The notes beneath the pieces were generated by a model that saw nothing but the letters and a program-made list of their open reading frames with translations, was not told the origin of the DNA and did no database searches. Shown in pieces: positions 59,493 to 64,000 of a stretch of 64,000 nt of DNA. Each line of letters opens with the position of its first letter. Position 1 is the first letter of the stretch. The DNA is from Squalus acanthias (lineage: Eukaryota). The position numbers and the translations under genes were made by a program. The DNA lies in NCBI GenBank assembly GCA_030390025.1, contig JASTWF010000322.1, positions 186,001-250,000 on the forward strand. The letters run 5' to 3'.

Positions 59493-61448
59493 TTGCCCCC
59501 TCTCTCGGGCCCCCCTCGCCGGCAATTCCTCTCTCTTCCCCCCCTCTGAATCGAGCTCCCTTGCCCCTTCGCTCCCCCTCTGAATCAGGAATCGATCTCG
59601 CTCCTTGCGGAACGAAGAAGAAAAGAAAGTGAACGCCCCCCCCAACGGCAACCGCCTCCCCTTCACTCCCCATCCGAACCGGGAATCGGTCCCGATCCTT
59701 TTCGAATGAGGAAATAGAAAGTAACGCACCAACGGCAGCCGCCACACCCGTCCGTCTCTTCGCCCGAGCTCTGAAGGTTTATCCCATTTCGCCCTGGCCC
59801 GAAATTCCTGTACTTTTCCTCCCCTGAATATCTCCTTCAGTCCCCCTCCCGCCACTGAATCAGGAGTCGATCCAGCTCCTCTTTGAACGAGACCAAAAAA
59901 AAACCACCCCCTTCCCTGAACGGCCGCTACAAGACTTGTCTCGTTTCCTCAGCCGAGCTCTGGAAGTTGAACCCGTTGAGTTCGGAGAGCGTGGCTCCTT
60001 CCAGTTTCGAATCACGTTCCCCCTCCCCGCCCGCCCCGCTCCGTGTCAGCCCCCTCTTTGAATTTTCCATCCTTTGTTTTGTGGGAGACGAATATCCGAG
60101 TCGGCGTTCTGCAGCCCTGCTCCAGAGCGGGAGACGAGGCCTGGCTTTGTCCTCCGCCGGCGGCGCGGCCGAGACCGCCCCGCGGAGGCACGGTGCCGAG
60201 CGGGGGAAGGGCCACGTGCGCGCTCCGCCTCTCCCCCCCCCCCCCCCCCACCCCTCCGTGAAACCGCCCGCCCTCGATCGGGGAGAGCGACAGGATTGAA
60301 TTCGTGTCCGATCCCGGAGAAAAGGGGGAACCGGCAGCACGTTTACGCAACCCAAAGCCAGCGGGCCGGGGTGGGGGGGGGGGACCCGCGCGCGCGCTCG
60401 AATCTGCGGCCGTGGCCACGCGGATCGGGGGCTTGTCGCCAGCTGTCGCAAGCGGCTGCAGAAGGCACAGACGGACAAAAGCGCCAAAGTTCACACCAGG
60501 GATCCAAGCAAGGTGGGGTGCGGGGGGGTGAAATTACGCGCACCCGGTAGATTATAGGCAGTGTAAATCCATCCCTGCGCCTCCCTGTGCTCCGGATCTC
60601 TCTGGGGGAGTCGGGGAATCTATTGCGGCGAGGGAATCAGCAAGGCGCCTCCTCTCTCGCTCTCTCACTCTCTCTCTCTGTCTCTCGCGCTAATGCCAGG
60701 AAACGATTCCACAATCGTTGACGCCCTACTCCCAGCCGAGGCGAGACCTGTCCTGGTGCGAGGGTTTGTCGGCTTCAAGCGACCTGGTCCCCGGGGGAGG
60801 GCGTCCAATCCCGCTGGGCATCAGCCCACCCTTCCCCCAGATCGGACGTGTACCCCCACCCCGCCCCTCTCAAACAGGAACTGGTCTCCTCGCTAACGGG
60901 AACAACGAGCTGTCCCCACACACCCGCGCACACACACACAAGTGCTCAGGGACGAGGAATCTGTCTCGCGCACAGATTTAGGAACCTGTCCACTTTGATC
61001 CTTGGCCGGTGCGGGGCGGGGAGGGGTGGGGAGCAGGAGCTGATCTCCGAGGGGCAGCACCTGGGCTGTAATGTCCACGTTTTGAGGATCGGCAGAAACA
61101 CCTGGAGGGGGTGGAGGGAGGAGGGGGATGCAGTCTCTCCTCCAGTGGCCGTCCCCGTTAACGGCTGCCACGGTCAGGGGTGGCACCAGACATGGAGCAA
61201 ACTAGCTCTCCTGCCTGCTCGGACGGCCAAACGCACCCAGCTCCCTCCGGCCCAGGGGCAGGAGGCTCCCTTCGTTCGCCTTGGTCGTCACGGTGACGGG
61301 ATCTTTCGATTGCGTATCTCTTGATCTCCCGGTTTTTCCCCAATGATTTGTAAAATTTGTGATCTGACTTTTAGTTCTGGAGTAAAAAAACAAAAAAACG
61401 ATTCAAAAGGTCGAACCGTTTGTCATGTTCTCCCTGCTGGCTCTTCAA

Positions 61449-62620
61449 AGGTCCCGCATAAGAGATTAGCGTGCAAAGTTAAGGCACATGGGATTGGGGG
61501 CAAGGTATTGACTTGGATAGAGAACTGGTTGGCAGACAGGAAGCAAAGAGTTGGAATAAATGGGTCTTTTTCCGAGTGGCAGGCAGTGACTAGTGGGGTA
61601 CCGCAGGGATCGGTGCTAGGACCCCAGTTATTCACAATATATATTAATGATCTAGACAAGGGAACTAGATGTAATATTTCCAAGTTTGCAGACGACACAA
61701 AGCTGGGTGGGAGTGTGTGCCGTGAGGAGGATGCAGAGAAACTCCAGGATGATTTGGACAGGTTGGGTGATTGGGCAGAAGCGTGGCAGATGCAGTATAA
61801 CGTGGATAAATGCGAGGTTATCCACTTTGGTGTCAAAAACAGGAAGGCAGACTATTATCTGAATGGCAGTAGATTGGGAGAAGGGGAAGTGCAACGAGAC
61901 CTGGGTGTCCTTGTGCACCAGTCGCTGAAGGTAAGCATGCAGGTGCAGCAGGCGGTTAAGAAGGCAAATGGTATGTTGGCCTTCGTAGCGAGAGGATTCG
62001 AGTGCAGGAGCAAGGATGTCTTGCTGCAGTTGTACAGGGCCTTGGTGAGACCACCTCTTGAGTATTGTGTGCAGTTTTGGTCGCCTTATCTGAGGAAGGA
62101 TGTTCTTGCCATGGAGGGAGTGCAGCGAAGATTCACAAGGCTGATACCCGGGATGGCAGGAATGACGTATGAGGAGAGATTGGGTCGATTGGGCTTATAC
62201 TCGCTGGAGTTTAGAAGAATGAGAGGGGATCTCATTGGAACTTATAAAATTCTGACAGGACTAGACAGACTAGATGCAGGAAGGATGTTCCCGATGGTGG
62301 GGGAGTCCAGAACCAGGGGTCACAGTCTAAGGATAAGGGGTAAGCCATTTAGGACTGAGATGAGGAGGAATTTCTTCACCCAGAGAGTGGTGAACCTGTG
62401 GAATTCTCTACCACAGAAGGCAGTTGAGGCCAATTCATTAAATATATTCAAGAAGGAGTTGGATATATTTCTTAAGGCTAAAGGTATCAAGGGATATGGG
62501 GAGAAAGCAGGTACAGGGTACTGAGTTTGGATGATCAGCCATGATCGCATTGAATGGCGGAGCAGGCTCAAGGGGCCGAATGGCCTACTCCTGCTCCTAT
62601 CTTCTATGTTTCTATGTTTC
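61449..62620 (+). mobile_element. 5'-truncated CR1 with an open RT C-terminal frame
   Basis: [10 protein letters not shown]...FADD...GEKAGTGY plus tail. Confidence 0.93.
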
Positions 62621-62754
62621 TTCATTCTCCCGTGTCGCGAATGTCTATGGCGTGAATTTACAGCTGCTTCACAAGGGGGCCTGCTGTTCAGATTGCGGGA
62701 GCCCATTGTGCCTGTGCCGACTCTTTGGTCGAGTTATCCCAACGGCTGGCTTGG

Positions 62755-63847
62755 AGTCGAACCCAGCACAAAGGAAGGTGGTTGTGGTGGTTGTGGTGGT
62801 TGAAGGTCAATCATCACAGCCCCAGGACATCGCTGCAGGAGTTCCTCAGGGTAGTGTCCCAGGCCCGACCATCTTCAGCTGCGTCATCAATGACCTTGCC
62901 CCACCCCCCCCCCCCCCCCCCCACCAACATAAGGTCAGAAATGGGGATGTTCGCTGCTGACTGCACAGTGTTCAGCGCCATTCTCAACTCCTCAGATAAT
63001 GAATCAGTCCGTGCCCGCATGCAACAAGACCTGGATGACGTTCAGGCTCGGGCTGATAAGTGGCTGGTAACATTCGCGCCACACAAGTGCCAGGCAATGA
63101 CTATCTCCACCTCCACTATCTCGCCCCTTGACATTCAACGGCATTACCGTCGCCGAATCCCCCACCATCAACATCCTGGGGGGTCACCATTGACCAGAAA
63201 CTTAACTGGACCAGCCACATAAATACTGTGGCAACAAGAGCAGGTCAGAGGCTGGGTATTCTGCGGCGAGTGTCTCACCTCCTGACTCCCCAAAGCCTTT
63301 CCACCATCTACAAGGCACAAGTCAGGAGTGTGCTGGAATGCTCTCCACTTGCCTGGATGAGTCCAGCTCCAACAACACTCAAGAAGCTCGACACCATCCA
63401 GGACAAAGCAGCCCGCTTGATTGGCACCCCATCCACCACCTTAAACATTCACTCCCTCCACCACCGGCGCACCGCGGCTGCAGTGTGCACCATCTACAAG
63501 ATGCACTGCAGCAACTCGCCAAGTCTTCTTCGGCAGCACCTCCCAAACCCGCGACCTCTTCCACCTAGAAGGACAAGGGCAGCAGGCGCATGGGAACACC
63601 ACCACCTCCAAGTTCCCCTCCAAGTCCCACACTAGCCTGACTTGGAAGTATATCGGCCGTTCCTTCATCGTTGCTGGGTCAAAATCCTGGAACTCCCTCC
63701 CTAACAGCACTGTGGGAGCACCTTCACCACACGGACTGCAGCGGTTCAAGAAGGCGGCTCACCACCACCTTCTCAAGGGGCAACTAGGGATGGGCGATAA
63801 ATGCCGGCCTTGCCAGTGACACCCACATCCCATGAACGAATAAAAAA
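62755..63847 (+). mobile_element. 5'-truncated LINE, second CR1-group family
   Basis: GVPQGSVPGP, MFAADCTVF and IYKAQVRSV motifs; aataaa end. Confidence 0.88.
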
Positions 63848-64000
63848 CAAATAAATTAGTCCCATATCCCTGCAAATTTTTCCCCTTCAAGTATTTATCC
63901 AATTCCCTTTTGAAAGTTACTATTGAATCTGCTTCCACCGCCCTTTCAGGCAGCGCGTTCCAGATCACAACAATTCGCTGCGTAAAAAAAATTCTCATCT

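Noticed and set aside
58506..59632. Antisense and alternative-frame ORFs over the zinc-finger exon
   Set aside because: Expected by-product of extreme GC3 bias

Overview
Repeat-saturated vertebrate DNA. The repeat complement (CR1, L2, RTE, Penelope, Deu-domain SINE) points to a cartilaginous fish; this is inference. One host gene can be assembled from the sequence: a + strand C2H2 zinc-finger gene with a CpG-island first exon (donor at 32094/32095), a 44-nt exon carrying the ATG (45947-45990) and a terminal exon (CDS 58581-59492), giving about 315 aa. Its promoter is wedged between a 9.5-kb, 33-bp G-rich satellite with higher-order structure and a 2.2-kb 51-bp minisatellite. The rest is mostly nested, truncated retroelements. 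Most notable: (1) two families of minimal hammerhead-ribozyme motifs with palindromic stem III in Penelope pseudo-LTRs, often as inverted pairs, one copy showing compensatory changes; (2) internal tandem arrays in three retroelement families, recurring at dispersed copies with shared junctions; (3) a LINE family whose two informative copies share a FADD-to-FAAD change and whose 3' tail is shared by a tRNA-SINE; (4) Harbinger-like MITEs, a small solo LTR, a 42-bp RTE target-site duplication and a local inverted duplication. Most short ORFs in the track are repeat artefacts. Element boundaries are read by eye and approximate; no searches were run.
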